A stretch of 64,000 bases of DNA from NCBI GenBank assembly GCA_951406725.2, contig OX597817.1:108376001-108440000 (forward strand), read 5' to 3'. The notes under the pieces were generated by a model. The model did no database searches. It saw nothing but the letters and a program-made list of their open reading frames with translations, and was not told the DNA's origin. Positions within the stretch are counted from its first letter, which is position 1; every line of letters starts with the position of its first letter. Source of the stretch: Octopus vulgaris (taxonomy: Eukaryota). A program made the translations under genes and the position numbers. Below are positions 42,820 to 55,083 of the stretch, one piece after another.

Positions 42820-43830
42820 ATGTCAGTATCCGTGTGCTAGTTTTTTTTTGTTTTCGTGTTAAGTTTGGCATTTGTTGCTATATGAGTGTGGTTTCCATAA
42901 TCTATCTGCTTCTTTTGGGTGGAATGTTATAAAGATTGTATTCTCCTCTACTATTTCCTGATTAATTTCATTTCGTAATGTGTGGTGTAATATTATGCAA
43001 TACCTTCATGTTGCAAGTGCACGGTGAACCTACGCAAAAGTGTTGCGACTTTCGGTTTTACTATCAAATTTATAGATCACGTTTGTCATCCGCACTTTGT
43101 TCTCAGGATCACGTGCTTGTGGTGTTTTACTGATAAAGATGTTTTTAAAAAAAATATTGGTGTTTTTTGTAGTATATTATTAGTTTATAATCAAGTATGA
43201 TGCAGTTTTTACGACAGTTTTAACAATATGTTCATCTGGTCTATAGTTTTGTGCATTTGTTTCATGTAGTAGAATTTTTTGTGGTTTATGTATTTCTGTT
43301 AAGTCTATTCTCTGATATATTAGTTGTATTTGTATCTATTCCTTTGTAGCTTGGTCTACTAGTCTATTAGAAAAGTCACCAATTAATATATATTTAATTG
43401 TATACATTTCTTTCTCTGATGAGCTCTCTGTGAACGACAATATAAATGCTATTTTGAGGAGTAACATCCCAAGTTATGTGGACACTCACTGTTTCTGTGT
43501 TTCATTCTTTGGTGTATACCAACGTAATGTATCAGCCCTTTTTTTTATTTTCGACCTTGTATTTATGTTTAAAAACAGTCTCATTTGTATTATTGTTTGT
43601 TAAATTTTTTATTCAGTGTTGTTTTCTAAGACTTTCTCTGGTCTCTCCGTTTTCTAAAGAGTATCCATTACAGCGAGAATATCATCTGTGTACCTAATGT
43701 ATTTATATTACGTCGTATGTTTTGGCATTCTATTTTTATTGTGGCAAGGTAGAATGCTGAAAACGTGGGTCCTTGAGGAGGAATCCACTGTTATTCCATC
43801 TATAGACAGGTCACTCCAAGTGAGTTAATT
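42820..43830 (-). mobile_element. highly decayed Penelope-like element (RT plus GIY-YIG)
   Basis: manual minus-strand translation gives YIRYTDDILAV (~43670-43705), KLIIYYK, TNVIYKF and TLLRRFTVHLQHEGI. Confidence 0.65.
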
Positions 43831-44011
43831 AGAAAGTATTACAAAATCTAAAATAAAAAGGTAAATCTTGAACATAGACGTGTATTTATTGAAACATGCA
43901 TATACACACATGTATGGAAACGTGTGCATAAAATATACCACATCTGAGCAACTGAGACCAGTAGATTAATATGAAGAAGTTTAACTTTCCAAATAAAACA
44001 CACACACACAA

Positions 44012-44093
<82 letters not shown>

Positions 44094-44984
44094 AGGCACA
44101 CTTGTAAACACTAGTGAGGTTATTAACTTGAATACCTGGTTTGAAATTGTTATGTTGAGACTACAGTTACACAGTGGAACCTAACGAAACATATTCACAA
44201 GCTCCAGGAACAATGAATATAATTTGGATTACATTCTTTTTGTTTTTGTATTTTCACAAGTTTTATTTGCAGACTGAATCTCTGACGGTAACTTCTGACT
44301 AAAAATAATTCGTTCCACAAAATCGATGGATTGTTTCTATCGGTCAACGATAATCTATATATCTAATTAATCCTACTGCGTCAACATTTCCAAAAGACAC
44401 ATCATGAGCAATGAATCTTATTGGATTCGATCGGTTCTTTCGATGTGTACATAACGACATCTACTGGTTGAAATGACTGATTGTGCAATGAAATAATCGA
44501 TCGAAGACAACTGGTGCTGGTCGGTTTGTAGGTTATCAAAAATCGATCTGCATTTAAACAACCTTACGGTTTGATATTGATTATGAATTTTGGTAAATTA
44601 ATTTGTTCAGTATACTGTATAAAATGTGCCATTATCTTACCTCAAAAAGTGCAAAAAAAAAATTCTAACCAAAGTTTTATCTTTAAAAAGGATACAAAAA
44701 TCTTTTACTTTGTTACGTTTATTAGTGATGGTGGATTTTATAAAGTTCAATAGAAAACACCTGTAATGGTGTTAATCTGGAACTTAGAAAATATACAACA
44801 CAGGATTAAGGGCCTAGATTAACAATTATGCAAACTTCTACCTTGTTATATCTCTAGTGAAGAGATAATTGTCAGGAATATTTCCTTTCCAAAAACCAAA
44901 TAATGCAGAACACGAAAAACTGTTTACAACTCGTTATTTAATATCAGATATAGTTTCAGTGGTGCTCTTAATATTTTTCGCACG

Positions 44985-45925
44985 AAGGCAGCAAGCTGGC
45001 AGAATCGTTACAACGCTGGGCAAAATGCTTAGCGGCATTTATCCCGTCTTTACGTTAGAGCAAATGCTGTCGCGGTCGACTTTGCCTTTCATGCTTTCTG
45101 GGGACGATAAAATAAGTACCAGTTGAACAATGGGGACGATGTAATCGACTTAGATCCTCCCCCGAAATTGTTGGCCTTGTGCCAAAATTAGAAGCCAATA
45201 TTTTTCGCACTGCATTTCATTACTGTTGAAAGTAAAAATACACCATGAGGGGGAAGAGAGTAGAAATAGTGCAAAGTCAACTTTAATATAAGTAAACATA
45301 TAAGGCGGCAAGCTGGCAGAATCGTTAGCACGCCAGGCAAAATGCTTAGCGACATTTGGTCTGTCTGAGCTCAATTTGCGCCGACGTCGACTTTACCTTT
45401 CATCCTTATGGAGTCGATAAAATATGTACAAGCTGAACCCTGGGATCGATGTAATCGACTTATCCACGCACCGAAATCACTAGCCTTATAACAACACAGA
45501 TGACAAGCTGGCAGAATCGTTAGCATACTGGGCGAAATATTTTCTTCTGTCTTTAAGTCATGAGTTCCAGTTCCGCCGAGGCAGACTTTGTCTTTCATCC
45601 TTTCGTGGTACCAATGAATACCATTTGAACCTTGGAATCGATGTAATCGCTTTAGCACCCACAACACCCAAAAGAATACTGGCCTTGTACAAAAATTTGA
45701 AACCAATATAAGTAAACATCAAAGCAAAATCGTCACAAAGCCGGGAAAAAAGCAATTAGCGGTATTTATTTCAGCTTTACGTTCTGATTTGAAATACCAC
45801 CGATGTCGACTTTGTCTTTCATTCGTTTAAGGTCGATAAAATAAATAACAGTGCAGTACTGGGGCCAATGTAATCGACTTGCTCCCTCTCTCATAACTTT
45901 AGGCTTTGTATCTGTAGTAGGAAGA
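44985..45925 (+). mobile_element. cluster of four head-to-tail SINE copies
   Basis: GCAAGCTGGCAGAATCGTTA-type heads at ~44990, 45308 and 45503, a degenerate one at ~45720; each has the GACTTT..CTTTCAT core and GTAATCG. Confidence 0.8.
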
Positions 45926-46659
45926 AAAAATATAAGAAACCTCTCGTCTACTCTCCTATTTTTTGTTGTTGATGTTTAACTCCAGCTCAGCTCTGATCGA
46001 GCAGAAATATTACAGGCTATGTTTATTTCAGTATTTTGTATATCTAGGAGTACATCGTTCAATATAACCTCCTTTTTTAAACGTTAGTCTATGATTTGAT
46101 GGAGATTGGCTGTTAATTTTAGCTACTGGAACTATGTGGAAGCTTCTTACTTGGTTATCTTCCCTTGTTTTGTTGTTGTTAGTTAAATGAATTCAAAGCT
46201 GAATATACTCTTGTATATCGCAATCAAATGCAATTCATTTTAAGAATCAGGTTCGGAATTCAATGACAATTTTAACCAGCGTGGTTGTTAACGCGAGTTT
46301 CAAGCTGAGTACTAAACAATCTTCTACTAACGTTCTCTCTGTTCGCAGGGGAACTTTAGCATAACTCTGTTAACTAACGAACATATTTTGATAATGCTCA
46401 TCTGGTATTTATTTTAACATGGTGGAGCGGCTCCCAGTTTATCTGTATAGATACTCTATAGATACAGACACACTTTATCTTATGCATGCATGCATCCATC
46501 CATCCATCCATCCATCCATCCATACATACATACATCCATACATACATACATACATACATACATTCATTCATAAATACATACCTGTCTGTCTGTGTTTATG
46601 TATTTGTTTTGCAAGATTCCTGATGTGAAATCTTTTGTTGAAACAGATATTGATATATT

Positions 46660-47190
<531 letters not shown>

Positions 47191-47503
47191 ATGATATATT
47201 TAAGGATAGTCACTTTTATTGCCAAATAAACATACTTACTATATATTCGTTCTTCACTTGTTTATTGTTGTTCTTATTTTATGGCTCCTTCTGCTCTGTT
47301 TAGTCAGAAAGTAATTAAAAGAATAGGAGGAGACATGTAGGATGGAGAGTCGCTAAAGACGTGAGAAGAAAGATTTCCAGATAATGGACATAAAACAACA
47401 ACAACAACAACAACAATAATAATAAACAAGTGAAGAACGAATATATTGTACTTAAGTTTATTTGACAAAATAAAATAACCGTCCCGAAATATAACACTAC
47501 ACT

Positions 47504-47535
<32 letters not shown>

Positions 47536-48425
47536 GTATGCATATATATTTTTCTACTACAGTTTTGAGCAGAATTAAACTCATTAAATTGCATAATCGT
47601 TCTTATATCACTTGGTGTGGTCGGAGAAATGTTGAATGGAAGAGGAATGAACTTTTGTATATATACGCACACATACATACATACATGCATACATACATAC
47701 ATACACACACACATGCATACATACATACATACATACATACATACATACATACATGCATACATACATACATACATATCAGTAACATATATGGACATAGACG
47801 TTGCATATAAAAGAGTAAAATAAACCAAGGTAGTAATTTAAAGTTTCAATAAATCTACAGAAGTTAGTGCACGACACGTAAATTGACGATAACTTCAGGT
47901 GTCTTATGTCAGGACACGATTTACTTGTAGCAACACGTAAAAGCGACCTGAAACTAAACAGCACGTTGAACAGAATAATTAACAAAAGTAGATTGTAGAA
48001 AACTTAATTGTTCTTGTTTATAGAACTATCTTTTGTGAAATCTCTGCCTTCGTTGTGCAATATCTTACAGCTATTTAAAGTTTTGCTATTGAAGTAAATT
48101 TATGGGAATAAGAAACTGAATTAATACAATCAAACATGAATGAATTCATAACCATAAGGAAAAGCTGACAATATTTCTTTTAGTGTGAGGCAGGTGGTGG
48201 GAAACGAGCTCTGCATATAACTAGTACCTGTCGATCCCTGAAAGATAGACAAGCAAAGTAGTCTCCGGCGGAACTGGAGTTTAAAAAATAAAACGGGTGT
48301 ATCTAAATGTCGATTTCTAACATAAGCACAAGTCGTCACATTTCTTAGAGTATGAGCAATTGATTTTAACAACCTAAGTATTTAACAGATACTTATTTTA
48401 TCAAAGTCGAAAAGGTAAAAATTGC

Positions 48426-49275
48426 ATAAGTATCTGGACTGTTGCCAGAGTAACGAAGCTAAAGCACGCAGATCAAAGCCGCTTGGCACAGATTGACCTT
48501 GAACTCTGCTGTGCATGTGCACTAAGTTTTAACGTTCTAATTCACTTCCGCTGTTTACGGCAATGCTTGAAAAGTACCTGTGTAGCGTGTGATCGTCTCA
48601 CTGATCATGACAGAAAGTTGAGCAGAAAATCTGCATCAGATTTTGCCAAAAGCTTGGCAATACCCGCTCAGAGGCCTATGCAAAATTTTCAAAAAGTTTT
48701 CGTCGTTCTTGACACAATAAAGGAGATCTTGTGCAACTGAAACCCAAGTGTCATTTTGGTCAGCTGAAAGCAGTTTCGTCACAAACTTGGCAGACACGTC
48801 TCATACCGAAATCTTCAGTAATAATGGATTGAACTGAGCCGTAACTAATCCTCTAATAACTCACGGATGGTGATTCGATGATTTCCCCTCATAGCTGCAC
48901 GCACATCTGCGATGTTTTGCTCAGTTCTGCTGTTTGCGGGTCTCCCAGAACGTTTGTCAATATCGACATTTTTTCAGCCATCTTGGAAACATCTGAACCA
49001 TTCGTCCACATCATACACTTTCTGCAACTTTGTGTAGGCCTCTGTGTAGGTATGGCTATGGCAACTTACTCTGTCATGGTCAATTCGACGATTACGCGCT
49101 ACACACCTTCCTTCCAAGCACTGCTGTAAACAGCAGAAGTGAGCTAGAACGTTAAAACCTAGTGTACATGCAGAGTAGAGTTCAAGGCCAATGTTTGCCT
49201 AGCGGCTTCACACCGCGTGCTTTAACTTCGTTACTATGGCAAGAGTCCGAGTACTTATTGATTAGACCGCGTATA
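48426..49275. mobile_element. mariner-derived foldback element with long inverted repeats
   Basis: 48426-48597 is the diverged reverse complement of 49086-49262; internal minus-strand remnant MRRV/SAKFVTKLLSADQ. Confidence 0.75.
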
Positions 49276-50413
49276 TATGTATGTATGGGTGCGGCGTACA
49301 CACACACATACATAATTATGTATGTATGTATTTGTGTGTGTGTGTATGTGTGTGTGTGTATATATGTGTGTGTGTGTGTATGTGTGTGTGTGTGTGTGTG
49401 TGTGATGGCGTGTGTGTGTGATGGTGTGTGTGTGCGTGTATGTATACATCTGCTTTTATGTTATTTCAAGTTTTGCACTTAGTTGAACTCATTAAAGTGC
49501 GTAAGCGCTGTTACATCATTTGGTGACATCAGGAGAAAGTTGAGCGGAAAAGTTGTAAGCTTTACATAAAACATAAACACATATACATACAAGCATACCC
49601 TCACATACTTACATATACATACAAATGTATAAAACTTATGTTTTGAAATTTAGAAAATTTTGCTCAAGATTTTCATTGATGTTGTGGTGAAAGCCTCAAA
49701 AGATTGGCTCTCAGCATATTTTTTATTGTTTTTTTTTATTAAAACGAAAACCAAATAGCTTGCAATCATATAATTTTTCTTAATCATGGAATTGGACAAG
49801 CTTAAAGATATTAAAACCGTCCATTGTTATTACACATAACTATTAATCTGCCTCTTTTTCAATCCCCACACTAAATTCCTCATAACAAGGTCACTATATT
49901 ATCATTATTAAACGTTTTGTCTTTCCTTGAAGTTATTTAATGACTAAGTCGTCTCTAACTGGGTTTGAAATGAGAATGTAGAAGGAAAAAGCAGTAAAAA
50001 TGTTTTAAAAAGATACAATATTGTAATGCTACAACCGTTTAAGCTTACCTCCAAATGCATTATTTTAATGCATGCATGCAGATTATGTACATGAGATAAA
50101 TTACGCCCGACTTATATTATTTAACAGTGGTCTTCAGATGTATAAGCTTCGTTGAAATAAAGTATTTACATCTCTTTAAATGCTAGATATAATTCATATA
50201 ATAGTTTATATTTCGTTGAAGCGATGTACTTCACTTTTACAATCGTCATCAATTCTCGACGTGCATAGAATTCCGACAAGGACATATCAGGCTCATGGAT
50301 TTGGAAAGAATTGATGACCTTTCCTTATATCTGAATGATTGCCTCGAGATGAGTGGGCCATGAAGCATTTTAAAAAGGACAGCAATGAATTTCAGGTTAG
50401 AACAGTAGATGAC

Positions 50414-50483
<70 letters not shown>

Positions 50484-50604
50484 CACACACACACCTACAC
50501 ACACCTACACATTACACATATACCTATGTATAGTATTCACATACTTATACGAATGCATCTGTTTATTTATCTATCTGTCTGTCTAACTATCTCCTCTCTT
50601 ACTC

Positions 50605-50645
<41 letters not shown>

Positions 50646-50678
50646 CATACATATATTTACATTCACATACATGAAAGC

Positions 50679-50725
<47 letters not shown>

Positions 50726-50745
50726 TATATAAATATGTATACACA

Positions 50746-50801
<56 letters not shown>

Positions 50802-51099
50802 AAGAGAGTGGGAGAGATTTTTCTTTATACTCAATTTCTTTGCCCTTTCAAAGCTTGTATATATAATTTTTTCTACAAGTCTTTCTGTTAATGCATTTTG
50901 CTCACAATTGTTAGATATTTACTGACTGAAATATTAATTTTGATAGAAGTAAGTTCATAGCGGGATGTTATGGACGCTTCTTTTTTTACAGTTGTCTAAG
51001 GGATATTTTTAACCTTTTGCACCAATTCGTACAATACTGACTGTTTTATAGAAAACAATTAATATTATATTGCTTTGAAAGTCTGACACAGGAACAGTA

Positions 51100-51288
51100 A
51101 GTTCGGAAGAGGGAATAAGTCAATTACATCGACCTCAGTACACAGCTGCTACTTACTTTATCAACACCGAAAGGATGAAAGACAAAGTCGACCAGGGCGG
51201 AATTTGAACTTAAAACGTAAAGACAGACGAAATGCCGTTAAGTATTTTTTTTCCGGCGTGCTAACGGTTCTGGCAGCTCGTCGCCTTC
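51100..51288 (-). mobile_element. SINE (same core family as 39854-40083)
   Basis: AGGATGAAAGACAAAGTCGACC..GGAATTTGAAC...TGCTAACG on the + strand. Confidence 0.75.
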
Positions 51289-53945
51289 TGTTTGTATTAT
51301 ATTGAAATTGAGTGGCTTAATTTTGTTAATGAGAAAAATACTGACTTCTTTTAACTGATCATACTCACACCTACGCACAGAAGCTTTTACCGAGGAAGGC
51401 AAATACAGTGAAACGACAACAGGACATTTTACTGGTACTCGTAATATCTACATTTGACCTGAGGCTTGATGTACTGGTATTGACAAAAACACTTTGCGAA
51501 CCATCTGTTTTTTCTAGACTGATGCTTATTCCCTGCTAATCGGTTTTTGTAGAGTGAAACAGATGAGACATAAAGTTCCTCCAGTTATCCCTTCCGGCAG
51601 GCATATTAGCATCTATGCTTCCAGCCATCAAATCATCATGAGTTTTGCTGAATAGTTTTTCTTGGGTCAAGCAGTCGTTTCATGAAAAATATTCCGATCA
51701 AGACCATCTCTATTTTCTCATTTTCAGGTCAAGGAATGCATTATCGAATATTTCTTCTTTTTTCTTTTTAAGAAAGTAAAGTGTAATTTGTGGTCGATTT
51801 GGCCGCTATTTATTGCAAGTTGAATGTCTTTTTAGAGTTGAGGTTTTCTGGATTGCAGACGAAATTTCCCCAACATTTGAATTTAAAATCACTTGTTGAC
51901 GAAGTCCCTTAAATGCGATAAAAGTAACGGTTTGAACTTTAATTCCAAAAAAACGCTAAATTAAAATAAGTCACATACATATAAATTCATGGTACACCCA
52001 TATGTTTTAAATTTTTAGTGTAAACTGCATTTTCTAATCTATTATATCGTAAATTTTCTCAAACATAAAACCAACGAAGTTTACCAAAGTAATTTCTATT
52101 TTATGCGCTCAGTGATTTAACGGGAGTCATTTGCTAATGAAATTATGGTATAAGATTGCTTAATGAAAGACTTGATAATTCATCATCTCCTAACTATGCT
52201 GCACTGTGTTTATTAAGCAGGATATTCCTAGTATATCCGCTCAGCTATATATTCTTTTGTTTCTTTGTTTCTTGGAACATGCATCTTATTAAATTTATCT
52301 TCAAGTTTTAATAGGACAAGCAAATTATTTTTTTTAAAAAGACTGTTATCACTTTTATTTTGTGAGCATTTTTTTAAAGTTCTTTTTTAAGAATCTATTT
52401 TAGGAATTCTTAATTGTCTTTATAGATAAGAACCATTAACTGATACGATCAAGTGAACGCTTCCAAATTCTTTAAGATATATCTAAATGAATAGAGTGAA
52501 AAGGGAAAATAAGTTGCTATTGGCATTGCCGTTATCATAATTCTAAAGTATTTTGCACAATTATTGCTGTAAATGTTAATTATTGATTTCCTACATTAAT
52601 ATCAAGCTGAAAAAAAAAAGCGAGAAAATGAAAAGCATGAAAATGTAAAGCACAGCACTTTTTCAAGAGAATTAGCAAGATAAGAAAAAATAAAAAAAGC
52701 ATTAATCAAAAATACTGGATCTCCAACTAGCATTCCAATATAACCTTGGCCACAAAGGCTTAAGAAAAACTTATATACTCAAATGCATTACATTACATAA
52801 AATAAAAAAAATATCCGGGTAAGTGTGTAACGGGTAGTCCATCTCAGCATTCATTAACATTTAGAGTACTGAATTACTGAAAATTGTTTGCCTGCCTTGC
52901 AAATCTAAACTCAAATCCATTCACGGATATAATTTATAGTACGGTACGCTTACCACCCCACAGGTCAGTCGAGGTCTTGAGCCAATTTTTTTGGACTGAT
53001 ACAACAATAGAATGCTATGTCGTTTCAAGCATGTTTTTAGGTGGTAAACTAAACACAACACTTAGTTTAGGACTATCATATTGCCTTGGGTTCCTTTAAT
53101 GCAGTTCACTGAAGTACAGACACTCGGACAATGATTTCTATTTGCGAATACCACAATTTCTCGATGCGCTGTTTCGGACTGCATACTCAGTTGCTCAATG
53201 TCATTGTCTGTCAGAGGGTTGATAAAAACAGCTGTACATAGTTTCATCCTTCCTCACCTTGGTTATCTCTCCCTTTCCTTCCATACCACTATAGCTGCTG
53301 CTTTAGTCGCAGAAATATCTACAGGTACTATACTAGTGCTAAGAAGGAGAGAATGTTTTACAGAGGGGCACAGAGAGATGAGAGTCAAATTTAACAGCGA
53401 AGGGGTATGATATTGAAGTCAAAAAGATGAAAATAAAGTCTGTACTTTTTAAAATCTATTAAATTTCTTCTGCTAATTAAACCAGTCTTCATAAATTATA
53501 AATTTGAAGCTGCGGTGATCTATTTTACTATTGTGGCATTCTGATTTAGAAGAAGTATTGTTTATTTGTAGTGAAATATATTTATTTATACATTTAAATT
53601 CATGCTGCGTAATAACACATAGATTAAAGCACTCTCTTCCCCTTTCTCTCTCTTTATAAATGCACGCATACATACATACGTTATGAAACGCTTGCAGTCA
53701 AGAAAACACACACATCTGAGTTTGTCGTAGGTTAATCTACACGTCAAAATGTAACCTCCTTTTAGAAATTCTCTATGAAGAAATACCCAATTGACTGGTT
53801 TCAGATATGGAAATTTGAATTAAAGTATTTTATTTTTGTAATTGAACTGATTGGGTGTGGAAACAGCTGTAGGCAAAAATTTCTCCACACGAATCCGGAT
53901 ATCTTTGAATAAATAACGTATGTACGTCAATTTTGCTACTTTCCT

Positions 53946-53985
<40 letters not shown>

Positions 53986-53995
53986 TACACACATA

Positions 53996-54746
53996 TCTAT
54001 CCAACATATATAAAATTGAAGTTTTCTGTGTGTGGGTAGGTGTACAAAAATTTAATGTACCCCAATAACTTCTACATCTTTCATTCGCTTTCTTTAAAAT
54101 TTTATACACAGCTGCTTCATATCCCAGACCCTAACATAGGCATAGGCTACTTAGAATTTAAAAAAAATCTATACTGGGGCGACTAGACCGTTGGGAAACC
54201 AACAATAGATGATTCCTATTCTTTTGTATTAATCAGCTGTTTTAGAACCTGTAGGATCTTCAATACTCTTTTAATCTTTTCATAAAAGTGAAAGGATTTT
54301 GTCTATTTATTTTTGTCTGTTTACCTGCCACGGTGATTAAATTGACTAGGAACACTGTACGTGATGAATATCCAATACCAAATAATCTTAATCTCGATAT
54401 TTAAACTGCATTAAACTTTTGGCAAGCTTACCTTTACCTATTCTAGGTTACTTGAAAGGTGATGTTCCCTGCCCTGCCTTCTATTTGTTGATTCATTTGT
54501 TTACCTACCAATGCGTTGTATCACTTTCAGGATACTTATTTACCCATCCATATGATATTTCGACTGTTGTCCATTGTTTTAGATACGTTTTAGCATTGTC
54601 ATTCTAGCCTTATTTTTTATATAATCACATATTATTCGTCCCAAAGAATTGACTTTTAAAAAAGAGTTTTGCTATACTAGAGAAAGCTATAGGCATCTTT
54701 AAGAAAGCTCCATGCCAATTTAGCTTAATGCCGCATTCACTGTTAG
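53996..54746 (+). mobile_element. possible degenerate Helitron
   Basis: 5' TC..TATATAAAATTGAAGTTTTCTGTGTG resembles the other Helitron starts; 3' end (AATGCCG..CTGTTAG|T) is a weak match. Confidence 0.35.
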
Positions 54747-54789
54747 TTTATGCTCAGGATATGTGGGAAGAGAGAATAAAGGAGCTTTT

Positions 54790-54973
54790 ACAGTTCTATA
54801 GTTAAGAGATGAGGAATTATGTACATTGTTTACATTATTCACATTTGACGGATATTTGTCCTCATCTTGTTTGTTGTTAACACAACGTTTCGGCTGATAT
54901 ACTCTCCAGCCTTCATCAGGTGTTTTGGGGGAAATTTCGAACCTGAGTTCTCATTCCTAGGGTATTTTTCGAT
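54790..54973 (-). mobile_element. 3' half (hammerhead plus tail) of the PLE-associated unit
   Basis: colinear with 46660-46805; preceded on the minus strand by (AAT/AAC)n. Confidence 0.8.
54879..54924 (-). ncRNA. minimal type I hammerhead ribozyme
   Basis: AACAC-CUGAUGA-A-GGCUG-loop-CAGCC-GAA-ACGU-U-GUGUU: perfect stems I and II, palindromic ACGU in place of stem III, GUU cleavage triplet. Confidence 0.8.
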
Positions 54974-54991
54974 GTTGTTGTTGTTGTTGTT

Positions 54992-55083
<92 letters not shown>

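Noticed and set aside
43415-43450. CTGATGA hammerhead core
   Set aside because: No stem II followed by GAAA; it lies antisense within decayed PLE coding sequence.
44985-45925. CRISPR-like repeat-spacer array
   Set aside because: Units are ~200-bp diverged SINEs in eukaryotic DNA, with no cas genes.
53294-53403. Possible plus-strand exon (polypyrimidine-AG ... GTATGA)
   Set aside because: The peptide is unrecognisable and no partner exons were found; such signals arise by chance.
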